From Octopus vulgaris (taxonomy: Eukaryota), in the NCBI GenBank assembly GCA_951406725.2, contig OX597832.1, positions 45,880,001 to 45,944,000 of the forward strand: DNA of 64,000 nucleotides, in the 5' to 3' direction. The notes under the pieces are model-generated. The model was not told the DNA's origin, did not search any database, and saw nothing but the letters and a program-made list of their open reading frames with translations. A program made the position numbers and the translations under genes. Positions 1 through 12,972 of the stretch are shown piece by piece. Positions within the stretch are counted from its first letter, which is position 1. Each line of letters starts with the position of its first letter.

Positions 1-384
1 AGGACCTTTGGCAGTATAAAGTTTTGCCTGGGAGAAAAGCTCTTAGCTTGTAGGTTGTAGGAAGAGAACATTGCGTATTCTCCACGATTTTTATATGTGC
101 AGATACACACACACAGCCACGCTCATACAGACACACAGCCACGCTCATACAGACACACATACCCACATAAACATTTGTTCACAGATGCTCATGCTACGGT
201 GTACACGCACATGTTTTATTTTGTAACGCGTGATGCCCAAGAGCATGTATTTCGCCCTCGGTAATCTAAAACTAAAACTAATTATGTATGTGGATTGCGC
301 TTTCATGCTTGAACTCTTCTAAAAAAGAATATTAAATTCACGTAATCTTACTAATTTTTAATAATATAATTATTTTATACAGTT

Positions 385-860
385 ATAATAATAATAATGA
401 AATTATTGGATACAGTGCTCAGGTGCACCACAACTTTTCAGAAAGTGCGTATAAAGTACATGCAGTAATGTACAAATGTCTGGAAAGCGAACAGTGTATA
501 TGAGTCAGATACATGCTTGTGTGTGTATGGAGGGGAGAAAATCAGGTGTAGTGTTGGCGAATCTCAGGAAGCATGGAAGTGTTGAAGGATGCAGTGCTCC
601 GACAACTAACAACTGATGCCGGCAGTTTGTTCCATGCTTCAGCAACTCCCAGCGTGAAAAAATGTTTCCTAAAGTCATGGGAGCTGTGCTGTTTTCTGAC
701 TTTGTAAACATGTCCACGGGTGTTAGACGGGTGGAGTTTGAAAAGGTGCTCAGAGTTATTGTTTTTAAGATGGTTGATAATTTTATGGGTGTCTGCCAAG
801 TCAGCTGCCAGACGTCGGAGTTTCAATGTGTCCCTGCCCAGGGAAGTAAGGCGTTCAGTT
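385..860 (-). mobile_element. 5'-truncated CR1-type LINE 3' end (RT C-terminus, 3' UTR, (ATT)n tail)
   Basis: Minus-strand translation ERLTSLG..LKLRRLAADLADTHKII..NTRGHVYK..RKHFFTLGVAEAWNKLP matches the CR1 ORF2 C-terminal pattern (RRLRGDL..TRGH..FF..RV..WN.LP). Short (AAT)n tail at ~385-398. Confidence 0.8.
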
Positions 861-1240
861 AATTACTAAGCTCAGAATTATGCTCCGATCTAATAAATTT
901 TTGTGAAATTTCATCGCACAACCATACTATCATGCTGTAGAACAATTTGCCAGTTTTGCCATTTATTATAAAATGTCAGTGTATTTACTTTCATTTCTCA
1001 CAATGTCTAGACTGCCAAATACACACGTTTTGGTTGCATATTGACATTTTGAAATAATAGAATACAAGAATATTTATCGACCAGCATTTATTCAATTAAC
1101 AGTATCATAAATTAGATCCGACACTGGAATGTAGACTTAAGGAAATAGTTTCCACTTAATGTAATGATATATGTAGAATGGCCTGATGTTAGAAAATATG
1201 AAGATGGATATGTCTTTACTTCATATTGAAACCTCAGAAA

Positions 1241-1398
1241 CGTGGCTGTGTGGTAAAGGCGCTTGTTTCACAAACACATGGTTCCGGGTTCAATCCGACT
1301 TGGGTAAGTGTTTTCTTCCATTGCCTCGGGCCGCACAAAGCCTAGTTAGTGGATTTGGTAGACAGAAACTGAAAGAAGCTCGTCGTAAATATATACAT

Positions 1399-1446
<48 letters not shown>

Positions 1447-1655
1447 GTATGTATGTATGTATGTATACATTTGTGTGTCTGTGTTTGTTCACCCACCATC
1501 GCTAGACAACATATGCTGCTGTGTTTACGTCCTCCTAACTTAGCGGTTCGGCAAAAGAGACCGATAGAATGAGTACTAGGCTCACAAAGAATAAGTCTTC
1601 GGTTAAAGGCGCTGCTCCATCATGGCCGCAATCAAATGACTGAAACCTAGAAAAA
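1241..1655 (+). mobile_element. tRNA-derived SINE, group A
   Basis: A-box-like TGGCTGTGTGG, B-box-like GGTTCAATCC, conserved block GTGGATTTGGTAGACAGAAACTGAAAGAAG, internal (TA)n/(TG)n and tail ATGGCCGCAATCAAATGACTGAAAC. The same structure recurs many times in the window. Confidence 0.85.
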
Positions 1656-2273
1656 TCCTCAATTTGCATGATACCCTTAATATACGGATTAGAATTATTA
1701 GGCATTGATGTATGCAAAAATGAACTGGATACCAGTTCAAAAATGCTTCACATATTCGAATCCGTAAGAAAAATATTCATTGCATTTTTGTCGTGGAGAA
1801 AAATTATCGCTGTAGTCTTTTCCTCTGTGACATAATGCTGTGAAAGGCTCTCAGGCGGGTTCGAATATGTCTCAAGCCAGTTCGGCCTGATAATTCGTTT
1901 ATATTGGGGACTATTAATGTTATGACCAACATAGTAAATTCTAATTCATGTATTGTCACCGTTTGAAAATCAACTAATCAGATTAGATTTTAGTTTAGGG
2001 GTTAATCAGAAACCTTAAATGACATCAGCGAATGTAAAGCTGTGGCTTTCTCTAAACACCTGAACTACTAACTATAAATCAAGCAGAACAACGCAAGACA
2101 TTTTAAATTCTAGCGATCTCTTCATTATTTGACATTAATAATTGGACAAAATAGCAAGCACTTAAAGTAATTACCATCCCAATTTTGAATCGAATAAGAA
2201 ATTGTCATGTAAAACTGGTGTACAATAAAGAGAATCTGATGCAAATTACAATTCTAGACAGAAAAGTGTAACT

Positions 2274-2679
2274 GGGAAGCACTCCGTCGGTTACGACGAC
2301 GAGGGTTACGGTTGATCCGAATCAACGGAACAGCCTGCTCGTGAAATTAACGTGTAAGTGGCTGAGCACTCCACAGACACGTGTACCCTTAACGTAGTTC
2401 TCGGGGATATTCAGCGTGACACAGAGAGTGACAAGGCCGGCCCTTTGAAATACAGCCGGCTCTTTGAAATACAGGTACAACAGAAACAGGAAGTAAGAGT
2501 GAGAGAAAGTTGTGGTGAAAGAGTACAACAGGGGTCGCCACCACCTCCTGCCGGAGCCTCGTGGAGATTTAGGTGTTTTCGCTCAATAGACACACACACG
2601 CAACGCCCGGTCTGGGAATCGAAACCGCGATCCTATGACCGCGAGTTCGCTGCCCTAACCACTGGGCCATTGCGCCTCC
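2274..2679 (-). mobile_element. tRNA-derived SINE, group C head with tail type 1
   Basis: Head TGGCCCAGTGGTTAGGGCAGC..GGTTTCGATTCC on the minus strand. 9-bp TSD AGTGTAACT (2265-2273 / 2680-2688). Confidence 0.85.
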
Positions 2680-2985
2680 AGTGTAACTAAAGTGTAATAT
2701 ATTAGATAAAATATATCAAATATTTATTTTAAATTTTGGCATAAGGCCAGCAATTTCGGAGGCATTGGTTACATCCATCAAATCGACCCCTGTGCTCAAT
2801 TGGTATTTAGCTCATCGACCCAAAAAGGAAGGAATTAAAAGTTTACTCAGAACGTAAAAACGGACGAAATGCCGCTAACCATATTTGCCTGGTGCGCTAA
2901 AATATATTAAATATTAAATGCATAAATTAATGCGTATTTAATATGGTAATTAAACAGATTGATAAATAGTTACTATTCTGTTGTC

Positions 2986-3246
2986 TCTGGGGAGAGTCAT
3001 TTTCTTTTTGTGCCTTATTATTTAACACACTCACCGGTAAAATTTCCACTTATTTCTTATTTTTATTTTCCTAAAATTTTCGTTGCGTCTTGCAGCCTTT
3101 TCAATAGTCTTGACTATTGAAAATTTTGCAAGATGCAACGAAAATTTTAGGAAACTTTTAGGAAAATAAAAATAAGAAACAAGTGGAAATTCTACCGGTG
3201 AGTGTGTTAAATAATAAGGCACAAAAAGAAAATGACTCTCCCCAGA
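2986..3246. mobile_element. Fold-back (palindromic) MITE-like element
   Basis: Arms of ~125 bp are near-perfect reverse complements (TCTGGGGAGAGTCATTTTCTTTTTGTGCC... / ...GGCACAAAAAGAAAATGACTCTCCCCAGA), centred at 3110-3111. Confidence 0.8.
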
Positions 3247-3334
3247 CACATCAGAATATGCTTCAACACACGAACTCATATAAAGAATCTTGCAAACCAA
3301 ATCCCAAAACGAAATATTTACTTGATATTGCTTT

Positions 3335-3585
3335 GTGGAGGCGTATGGCTTGGTGGTTAGGGTGATCCATGATCGTAGGATTGTGGTTTCGATTCCTGGA
3401 CCGGGCGACGCGTTATGTTCTTGAGCAAAACACTTCATTTCACGTTGCTCTAGACCACTCAGCTGGCAAAAATGAGTAACGCTGCGGTCGACTGGCGTCC
3501 CGTCCAGCTGGGAAACACATACGCCATAGAAACCGGGAAACCGAGCCCATGAGTCTGGCTAGACTTTAAAAGGGCACAAAAAACA
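3335..3585 (+). mobile_element. tRNA-derived SINE, group D (CORE-like plus V-like central domains)
   Basis: A and B boxes; CORE-like TTCTTGAGCAAAACACTTCATTTCAC; V-like GACTGGCGTCCCGTCCAG; TSD GATATYGCTTT (3324-3334 / 3586-3596). Confidence 0.85.
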
Positions 3586-4137
3586 GATATCGCTTTATGT
3601 AGCGTCAGGGTGGAAAATATTGTATTCGTATGCTATAATGATTAAGGTTATAACGTAATACTAAATACATATTTCCGGAGATAGATGAGCTAAAGGAAGT
3701 TTAATAAATAAAGTTTATATTTACTGGGGCAGCAAGCCTGGAAAGTGTAGTCGAACAAATCGACCCTCTTAGTGTGTTTATTGGTAGATATTGTTAGTAA
3801 ATTCAAGATGGAGTTGAAGAAAATGAACTTTATGCTGAATACAAATTTATTGGTGTCCTAAAAGATCAAAGAGTATGATAAGAATATAAATTTGAAAAAA
3901 ATATCATTTTCGTGTAAATCACCAGAAAATAATTTGTTTAATAAATTAAATAAATATCATAAAAGTAGTTCCAAGTTATAGAGAACGGTAGTTTTAGCTA
4001 CTTGGAATGAATAATGGCTTATTATATAAATAAAAATTTAATTACAAATTAGAAAATAATTGAACATTAAAATATAATTGAAAGTAAATAAAATAAACTA
4101 AAATTAGGCAAATCAGATATGAGGAAAATATAAGATA

Positions 4138-4516
4138 CTAGCATTATGACCCGGCGTTGCTGGGTCTAGTGCTAGTGCTTGTTGTTCGTTGCCGAGTCGT
4201 TTTATGGCATGCTTAAGGAATGATAGGATATCAAGCATATTTGGTCTTTCATGAAAATCCCTCTCTCTTCTCATTCACTTGGTCTAACTCGTTAATTATT
4301 CCCTGCATTTCTCAAATCAAAAAAGCGTGCACGTTTGAAAGCCAGAATATATGATGACACGTCTTCGCAAAATACAAAAGTGCACTGAGTCCTACAGACC
4401 GTATGCAAATGCGCACGCGCATTCAACTGTCAAAGGTAACATTATCTCCGTCCAATAAAAAAACAGCTGACAGTCTATTGACGCAACGCGTACAAATGTC
4501 TATGTTTTAGCGATTT
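4138..4516 (-). mobile_element. Helitron-like 3' end (inner boundary uncertain)
   Basis: Minus strand reads ACCCAGCAACGCCGGGT (hairpin) CATAATG CTAG|T, the same terminal motif as the Helitron at 41433-41815. Confidence 0.55.
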
Positions 4517-4550
4517 TGAACTCAGAACGTAAACACAGACGAAATACCTA

Positions 4551-4768
4551 TTTCTTTATTACCCACAAGAGGATAAACACAGAGAGGACAAACAAGGACA
4601 GACATAGGTATTAAGTCGATTACATCGACCTCAGTGCGTAATTTATCGACCCCGAAAGGATAAAAGGCAAAGTCAACCTCGGCGGAATTTGAACTCAGAA
4701 CGTAACAGCAGACGAAATACCGCTAAGCATTTCGTCCAGTGTGCTAACGTTTCTGCCAGCTCGCCGCC
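4551..4768 (-). mobile_element. tRNA-derived SINE, group B (Meta-domain-like)
   Basis: Head GGCGGCGAGCTGGCAGAAACGTTAGC..GAGTTCAAATTCC, central GCCTTTYATCCTTTCGGGGTCGATAAA, tail ending AAAGAAA. Confidence 0.85.
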
Positions 4769-5132
4769 GTAAGCCAGTTACCTATTCTGCGGTCTCATTT
4801 ATAGAACTGTTCATTCGGCGTTGGTTGGGCTGGGGTTAGAAATCAGTTACGAAACGTACTGCGCCGTGGAATCGAATTCAAAACCATGCACTTGCAAAGC
4901 GAAATTCTTTGCCTCACAACCCTGCTTGTTTTGTTTTGCTTTAGCAATCAAATGTGTGGGTTTTGGTCACACAAACCCTATGGTCTTTTGATGTAAAAGG
5001 CGCAAGTTTAGGTAACCATGGTTCTGTGCAACTCTAATCTTTATTTCTTCACTTTTTCTATCTTATTTTACCATTCCATCTCTTTGAAATATATGTCAAG
5101 ACACACGCACACGCGCGTGATCATATGTATGT

Positions 5133-5323
5133 CCAGTATTCGCCATGATAGATCGCTAGCCACTAACCCTTTTCTATTTTCTCTCCCTGTTTATTTCTGT
5201 GTTCCTTTCTGTTGAAGAGCGTAGGATCGAAACGTAAAAGACTTTCTCATTTCCCGAGCGTTAAACTAATCTGTTTGTTGCTTACACACCCGTCTTCGTC
5301 GTTTGTTTTTTGTAAATTCCCAC

Positions 5324-5325
<2 letters not shown>
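5133..5325 (+). mobile_element. Penelope-type terminal repeat fragment with hammerhead-like motif (copy 1)
   Basis: Dispersed repeat, also at 18597, 30697 and 48610. Its 3' end abuts (TA)n. Contains CTTT-CTGTTGA-A-GAGC-GTAG-GATC-GAAAC-GTA-AAAG at 5205-5240. Confidence 0.65.
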
Positions 5326-5380
<55 letters not shown>

Positions 5381-5408
5381 CACACATATATATATATATA
5401 TATGTATG

Positions 5409-5763
<355 letters not shown>

Positions 5764-6111
5764 CATTGCTGACGTCACATACTTAATGTTAATGTATGCG
5801 TGTTGATTTTAGTTTTTGGGCTGCGAGGAAAGCACTGAATATCTCAAACGATGGATAAAAAACATAATTATTCACCTTGTAGGCGAACGAGAATAGTAAG
5901 TACCTATATTTCGCTATTATTTCAGTTCATCAACATTGTATACCGACTCACCTCGAAATGAAATTGAATCGGTGGTCTGAGGTGTATGTGCAGATAGCGT
6001 AAAATCTATTTGCTGATGTGAAACAGTGTTTCAAAAATAAACGAAATTACATTTTGAATTAGAAACAACCGTTATAAGGAAAAAACATAACCAATGCTAC
6101 AAAGTAAATAT

Positions 6112-6404
6112 TACGTGACCGACCAGACCATCAGATGTTTTACACATCGCTGGTCACAATGCGTTCGGATTGTTTTAGCCTTCGAATGACGCCACCCCTT
6201 TGGCTAAGCGAGCAGGCCAACAGAAGAAAGAGAGAGAGAAAGAGTGGTGAAAGAGTACAGCAGGGATCACCACTCCCTGCCGGAGCCTCGTGGAGCTAAT
6301 AGGTGTTTTCGCTCAATAAACACTCACAACGCCCGGTCTGGGAATCGAAACCGCGATCCTTCGACCGCGAGTCCGCTGCCCTAACCACTAGGCCATGGCG
6401 CTCC
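6112..6404 (-). mobile_element. tRNA-derived SINE, group C head with tail type 2
   Basis: Same head as 2274-2679 but an unrelated tail. 13-bp TSD ACAAAGTAAATAT (6099-6111 / 6405-6417). Confidence 0.85.
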
Positions 6405-6462
6405 ACAAAGTAAATATATGTTTGCTAATATGTTCTTCAGTATTTATCCCGGGAAATGTCTC

Positions 6463-6603
6463 TTTAAGACGTCGAGTGTTGAAAATTCACCGAATAAGAG
6501 AAACGAGGAAAAACGAGCAGCCCCTTAAGTAAAGAAGAATGGTAAATAGAGGATAGCCCCTTGTTTGAGGTATTTAATGTTTTGTAACACTCGACGTCTT
6601 AAA
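6463..6603. repeat. 18-bp inverted repeat, possible MITE remnant
   Basis: TTTAAGACGTCGAGTGTT ... AACACTCGACGTCTTAAA. Confidence 0.55.
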
Positions 6604-6734
6604 CGGAATGTTCTTGGGGCGAATGATCCGGTTAATAAGCGTAGGAACAAACCACATACAGTAAGTATACGACATCGGTGAAGTTTACATTATAGAGCTT
6701 CATCTAATTATAAATTTTACATACATACATATAT

Positions 6735-6768
<34 letters not shown>

Positions 6769-6946
6769 TTTTTATATATACTTTCTTTACGCCTATTGTC
6801 GCTTTTTCTCCGGCCAATTTTTTGTCCGTTATGCCACGTGGCCAGTGTCTGGTGACTGTGCTGGAACACCAGACATGTTATAAAACAATATTTGGCCTGT
6901 ACTCAGCTCATGAAATTAAACGCACACAAAAACATATATTGTCTAT

Positions 6947-7125
<179 letters not shown>

Positions 7126-7399
7126 GTATATAATTAATTAAGAAATAAAACATATGCATATATACATATATGTACGTACCTACCTCTACATGTATATATA
7201 CATGCATATATGGGAACAGGACACCAAAAAAAAATTCGAATACAATGAGAAACGAAAACATAAACACAACACCAAGGAACTTAAACAACGAAAAGATAGA
7301 GTACAGGACAAACAGCACAAGGAAAATTCCCCTCTCCTAAATCGATATATATATATGAACTTACTTGGAAATATGCTCGCTTACTTCATGCTCTAGCTC

Positions 7400-7660
7400 G
7401 ATGGGGATGGGGGTCATCCCAGGTTAGTGGTCCGAGAAGCGTCATCGGGCGTAGAGCCGATCAAGTCCACCGGTGCTCCCCGTTGCTAGCGGTCTTATGC
7501 CAGCTACTCTACATTCTCCAAGATGACGTCGACCTTCTGGAGATCTTCATTAATCGCATCCGGCTACCTGGTGCGGAGCCTTCCGCAAGGCCTCTGCTAG
7601 GTCCGCACCTGATACGGCGAACGAGAATTAAGGCTTTGGCAAGATAATCTGGCGGGAGAC
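7400..7660 (-). mobile_element. Degenerate RTE-like LINE 3' fragment
   Basis: Minus-strand RPCGRLRTR*PDAINEDLQKV resembles the RTE C-terminal RPRGRPRTRW.D.I..DL motif. GC-rich island in AT-rich flanks. Confidence 0.5.
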
Positions 7661-8269
7661 AAAGGAAATGCATTTGATATCATCGATATGAATTCCATGA
7701 ATGTTTTCATAAAGACTTAACAAATATATAAATTATATGTTATTTTCAGAAATGTTTACTTTAATTTAGCTTCTAGTTAAAATCTGTACGCTTTTAAATA
7801 TTCATTCGAGAAATGCTAAAGAACATTCTGTGAATTTATTATCCTACAAGACATTTAAAGGAAATGCCCCCTGCTAACTTTCATGTATAGCTTCATTTGC
7901 AATTTGTGAATATCCCATTCTTAGTTATCTATAACGGCCATATAAGTATTGAAAATTATGAATAATGTAATATTTCGGCTAATGAAACTTATTAATGTAA
8001 TTAATAATACACATTATAATTAATCACTTTACGAAAATTTGACATTAACTTTGCATTAATTACAATTAATTGCAAAAATGTTGTAAAGAACAGATATGAG
8101 CTGATTTTCCAACAACTGTGAGGGTTTTACCAATAGAAAGTAATGAATTTCATGCTTTGACAGCTCACATCTTTCCAGTGAGACATAGAATACTGCCGGA
8201 TTCTATGAGAATCTAGATAATCTCATTGGGTAAATGCCGGACGCAATCGAAGGCCATATTTGGTTCAAC

Positions 8270-8575
8270 CAGACTCAGTACCTTCTCACAAGGACCACTT
8301 AACCAAATATTTGATGTCAAGCAATCTTTATAATCACATAACTCCAAACCTGTAGCTCCAAACTCGTCAGCTTTAAATCCCATAGAGTAATAATCCATTG
8401 AGCATTCTCGAAATGGGGGCAAATCTATATCCTCAAAACATCATAGTTACATTGATGACCTCCACTTTTCCAGGTACAGGCCAAAATAAGTACGCTTTAG
8501 TGCAAGCTTGTCATCAATTCCGGTCCGTCATTGAAGCAATTATCGAATATCAAGGTTGTTTTATTGAATTAACAA
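8270..8575 (+). pseudogene. Tc1/mariner-superfamily (maT/DD37D-like) transposase remnant
   Basis: PNSSALNPIE (~PNSPDLNP) and C-terminal LVQACHQFRSVIEAIIEYQGCFIE (~AC..FR.RIEAV....GGFIE). Frame is disrupted. Confidence 0.5.
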
Positions 8576-9715
8576 ACACGAAAATATGTCCTGAAATAAC
8601 TCACACACATAGACACACAGACAGACAAACAGACAGGCAGATAGACTCTGTCTCTCTCTGTCTCTGTCTCTCAGACACACACATAGACGCATATAAACTG
8701 ATATATACATGTATGAGCAAATGTGTATGTATGAATGTGCGTATGCATATGTTACTGAGCATTTGTATAAAATCACTCTCTTTTGCTAGAGTGGTTTGAA
8801 CCGGCTGAACCGACTAAAGTGTAACACAGATAATTAGATTCACGAGGTTTTTGACCAATATTTTTGAAGACAGGAGGCTAGGCTAATGAATCGTCTCTCT
8901 GCAGTTATTATTGATTATAGGTTTTATTGATATGGAACAACCCGAAAGTATATTTGGGATAATTTGTAACTGAACTCAGATATGCAAGTCAGAAAAGTAG
9001 AGTACGGAAAACGTTTTAGTCTGCAAAACGTTATAATGCGTACAATTTCCTATTGCCCTTCCTTCATATTAATAATAGAAGGGGGGGGGGGGAGGAGGGC
9101 TGATTCTAAAATAATGCGTAACACTAGAAATAATTATAAATATTTAAAAATACAAACTCAGATAAAGTGTTATGTGGAAAAACAAACTGAAAACATTATA
9201 ATATTTATGCTAAACTAGAGTCAGCGAAACAGATGAAAGGAAGGAATAGTAAAAAAAAAAAAAAGAAGTAAAATTGCAGTTTTCTCCCGCCCTCGCTATG
9301 TGCAAAAAGAAGATACTTTTGAATTTTCGTAACAATTATCCTGGAGATAATAAAATATAATAGAAGCAAAGCTTGCGTACTTTGTTTGGTCCATATATCA
9401 TCACGGAACAAGGCAATTGGCAATTAAGACGGAATCACTTTCGCATCGACAATTGTTCATCTCATTTGGGTAAGATTCCTATTAAAAAGTCGTACATGAG
9501 TTCTCTCTAGTAATTACTATTAATTATTCCATTAAGGAATGTTGACTGTTGTATTTGATGGCAATAGCAATTTTCAGACTCCTTTCAAAGTCTATTCAGG
9601 AGATGGACAGCGGCTGCGAACAATGAAGAATGAAATGCGAAATTGCAAACATATCACGCATTCCCATCAGAATTGTTCCTGAATAATGCAGAAAGTTTTC
9701 AGTTCGGCTTTTATC

Positions 9716-9760
<45 letters not shown>

Positions 9761-9782
9761 TTATATATATATATATGTATAC

Positions 9783-9814
<32 letters not shown>

Positions 9815-10522
9815 GTATATACACATATATTTATATATATATATATATATATACATATATGCATGTATATATATATATACATATATATCGTACATGCTTA
9901 TACATCACGCATAATACATCTATCTACACACACATCTATATATATATATATACACACATATATACATACAAATATAATATATGTATGCATGTATGATGCA
10001 TGTATCTGCATATATATATATATATATGTGTGTGTGTGTAATACACACTCATATATACATTAATAGACGTATATGTATATATGTTTATGTATACAAACAC
10101 AGACACAGACATACACACAAATATGTTATATGTTGGATAAGTGCAGGAAGAAAATTCGTGCAGAAGAATTTTAACACAAGAAAAGAAAGGAAGAAAACGC
10201 ATACAGAAAAGAAACCAGCGAAAACCGTTAATAAAAATAAATAAGCTTTAGTACGAAATAAATAAATGCAATTAAAATAAGAAAAAAAAAAGCATATAAA
10301 TAATAAATCCACTAAAGAAAATATGCAAAAAAGATTTTTAAAAAATAGCAAACATCTAAATAGTTGATAACAATAAAATCGGCCTTAGAAATGAATATAC
10401 AAATATTTGAGAATACTTAAATAACTATTACACACACATGCGCGTGCATGCAATTACATTCACATATTTTCGTGTGTGCGTTTATCATTGCTCGCGTGTG
10501 TATGTATGTGTATGTGTGTGTA

Positions 10523-10728
10523 TACTCTTTTACTCTTGTACTTGTTTCAGTCATTTGACTGCGGCCATGCTGGAGCACCGCCTTTTAGTCGAGCAAATCG
10601 ACCCCGGGACTTATTCTTTTTGTAAGCCCAGTACTTATTCTATCGGTCTCTTTTGCTGAACCGCTAAGTGACGGGGACGTAAAGACACCAGCATCGGTTG
10701 TCAAGCAATGCTAGGGAGACAAACACAT

Positions 10729-10759
<31 letters not shown>

Positions 10760-10923
10760 CGACAGGCTTCTTTCAGATTCCGTCTACCAAATCCACTCAC
10801 AAGGCATTGGTCGGCCCGGGGCTATAGCAGAAGACATTTGCCCAAGATGCCACGCAGTGGGACTGAACCCGGAACCGTGTGGTTGGTTAGCAAGCTACTT
10901 ACCACACAGCCACTCCTGCGCCT
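10523..10923 (-). mobile_element. SINE group A, full length
   Basis: Head AGGCGCAGGAGTGGCTGTGTGG..GGTTCAGTCCC, internal microsatellite, (AAGAGTA)n-like tail. Confidence 0.9.
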
Positions 10924-11699
10924 ATGTGTTAATTTACAAAAAAAATAAAAAATGATATAGCGATGTATATAATGTATGTGTACCCACATGTACACATACA
11001 GTTGCGAACACATTTTATATCATACCAAATTATTGCAAACTTATTCAAAAGTGCTCCGTGAAACATTTAACGATTTCGGAATGACGGGAGTCATTTTCGA
11101 TATAGAAACGGAATCGAAAAAATCAGAATTATTTTATGTAAAACGGATATGGTAAATACCTAATTATCTCAGGATTACGTTTGCTGTCGACAACTCATTT
11201 TCGTTCCACTTCAGTGGACTACAAGAAAAGATTAGTTTGGATATTCTGGTGTATGGAGAATGAGCTGTTCATACGCGCGCCACATACGAGATGTAGAATT
11301 GTTTTCGTTCGACTTTCAACCAAAATATAAATAAGCACGTGGCTGTCATTCAATGGGGTTGGTTTGAAGACCTGTTTCATTAAAACACTAATAAACTAAT
11401 AACGTTTAATGCGATAAATTGCTATAAAAATAGATTTTCTCTCAGCCAGATAACCATTTTGTACATCATCGTGTTTCACATTAAATCAAACCTTAAATCA
11501 AACCCCTTAAAATCGAAATAGAGTAATGGTCATTATAAGAGTGATGGTCATTACCATGTGAGGCAATTAGTAGACGGAAGGTGAGTGAAAGTCCGTCGTA
11601 TATATACATATATACATATATACATATACGTATAATTATACATATATATATATACACACCCACACATATATATATATATATACATACTCACACGCACAA

Positions 11700-11733
<34 letters not shown>

Positions 11734-11899
11734 ACATATGTATACACACACATATATAAAACACAGACCAAAGCTAGGGAGAAATTTTGTTATAGAAGAT
11801 GAGGTCTTGTGTGAAATTGTTGAACTAAGTGTTCGAACAAAAGCTAAGAACAAACTAACGTGCTTTATCGGCAGATCTTGCTCATTCACAAAGCACCAT

Positions 11900-12610
11900 C
11901 AAAAACCATCAATCGCCACCTCAAGAACCTTGGCTTTGTGAAGAGACGCCGTTAAGAAGCTCTTCGTGGCCTGATCAGCGACGTGACAACACTCGCAAAC
12001 AACTGCCGGAAAATCCTTGAGGTGCCCGATTTTGGTGTCGAATTGTGACTGGAGATGAAAAATGGATCTGTCTTCGTCATCTTAATAAGTGAGACCAATG
12101 GCTTCGTTCCGAATTGGCTTTAGAACTTGTTGTGAAACAAAGGTGGTTTGAGAATGTTGTATGCATGGTGGAATTTTGAGAGTGTGCTTCACTTTGATCT
12201 TGTTCCAGGAGGTCGTGCTTTGAAAGCCGACCTTTATGCTCAACGACTGCAGCAATTATATGGTGCGCTTTGAAAGGCTACTAACCAGCACAGCTCAATC
12301 GAAGACGCGTACACCTACACCGTGAAAGTGCCCCAGTGCACACTGCCAAAGCAAACAAGTGCAAATTTGAGGAACCTGAAGGGTTGGAAGTGCTACTTCA
12401 TTTTACCTACAATCCAAACTATGTACGTTCTTTTCCGAGCCATGGCTCATTTCGTTTGCAGACGAACTTTCAGCAATATGGATGGGGTTGAAAATGGATG
12501 AAGGCAGCTTTTGCCTGAAATCCATCCAAATATTTTGAGTGTGGAATTGAGCTTCTGACACAACGATGGCAACAAAAAATAGAATATATTGCGATGTATT
12601 TTGATAAACA
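11900..12610 (+). pseudogene. Mariner (DD34D) transposase pseudogene
   Basis: FWCRIVTGDEKWI, MLYAWWNF, HRESAPVHTA (~HDNARPH), LEVLLHFTYNP (~WEVLPHPPYSP) and GIELLTQRWQQ occur in order, with frameshifts and stops. Confidence 0.8.
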
Positions 12611-12702
12611 AATTCTTTTCTTATGTAAATGATTTTAACTACTTTAATTTGTTTTAACTTCTTAACCACATAGCCATGCTGTTACTATATATATAAAATA
12701 TC

Positions 12703-12773
<71 letters not shown>

Positions 12774-12935
12774 AAATACTAAATTTCTAAATCTCTCGTA
12801 GAGACATGTGCGGTGGTGGGGCGATAGAATGGTTGTATACTGTCAATCTAACACGAACGTGACAGTAGGAGGGTACACCACCGCTGTATAGCCCTAGGAA
12901 GCATCGACGCCTCCTGATGGCTTTGACACATTTTT

Positions 12936-12972
<37 letters not shown>

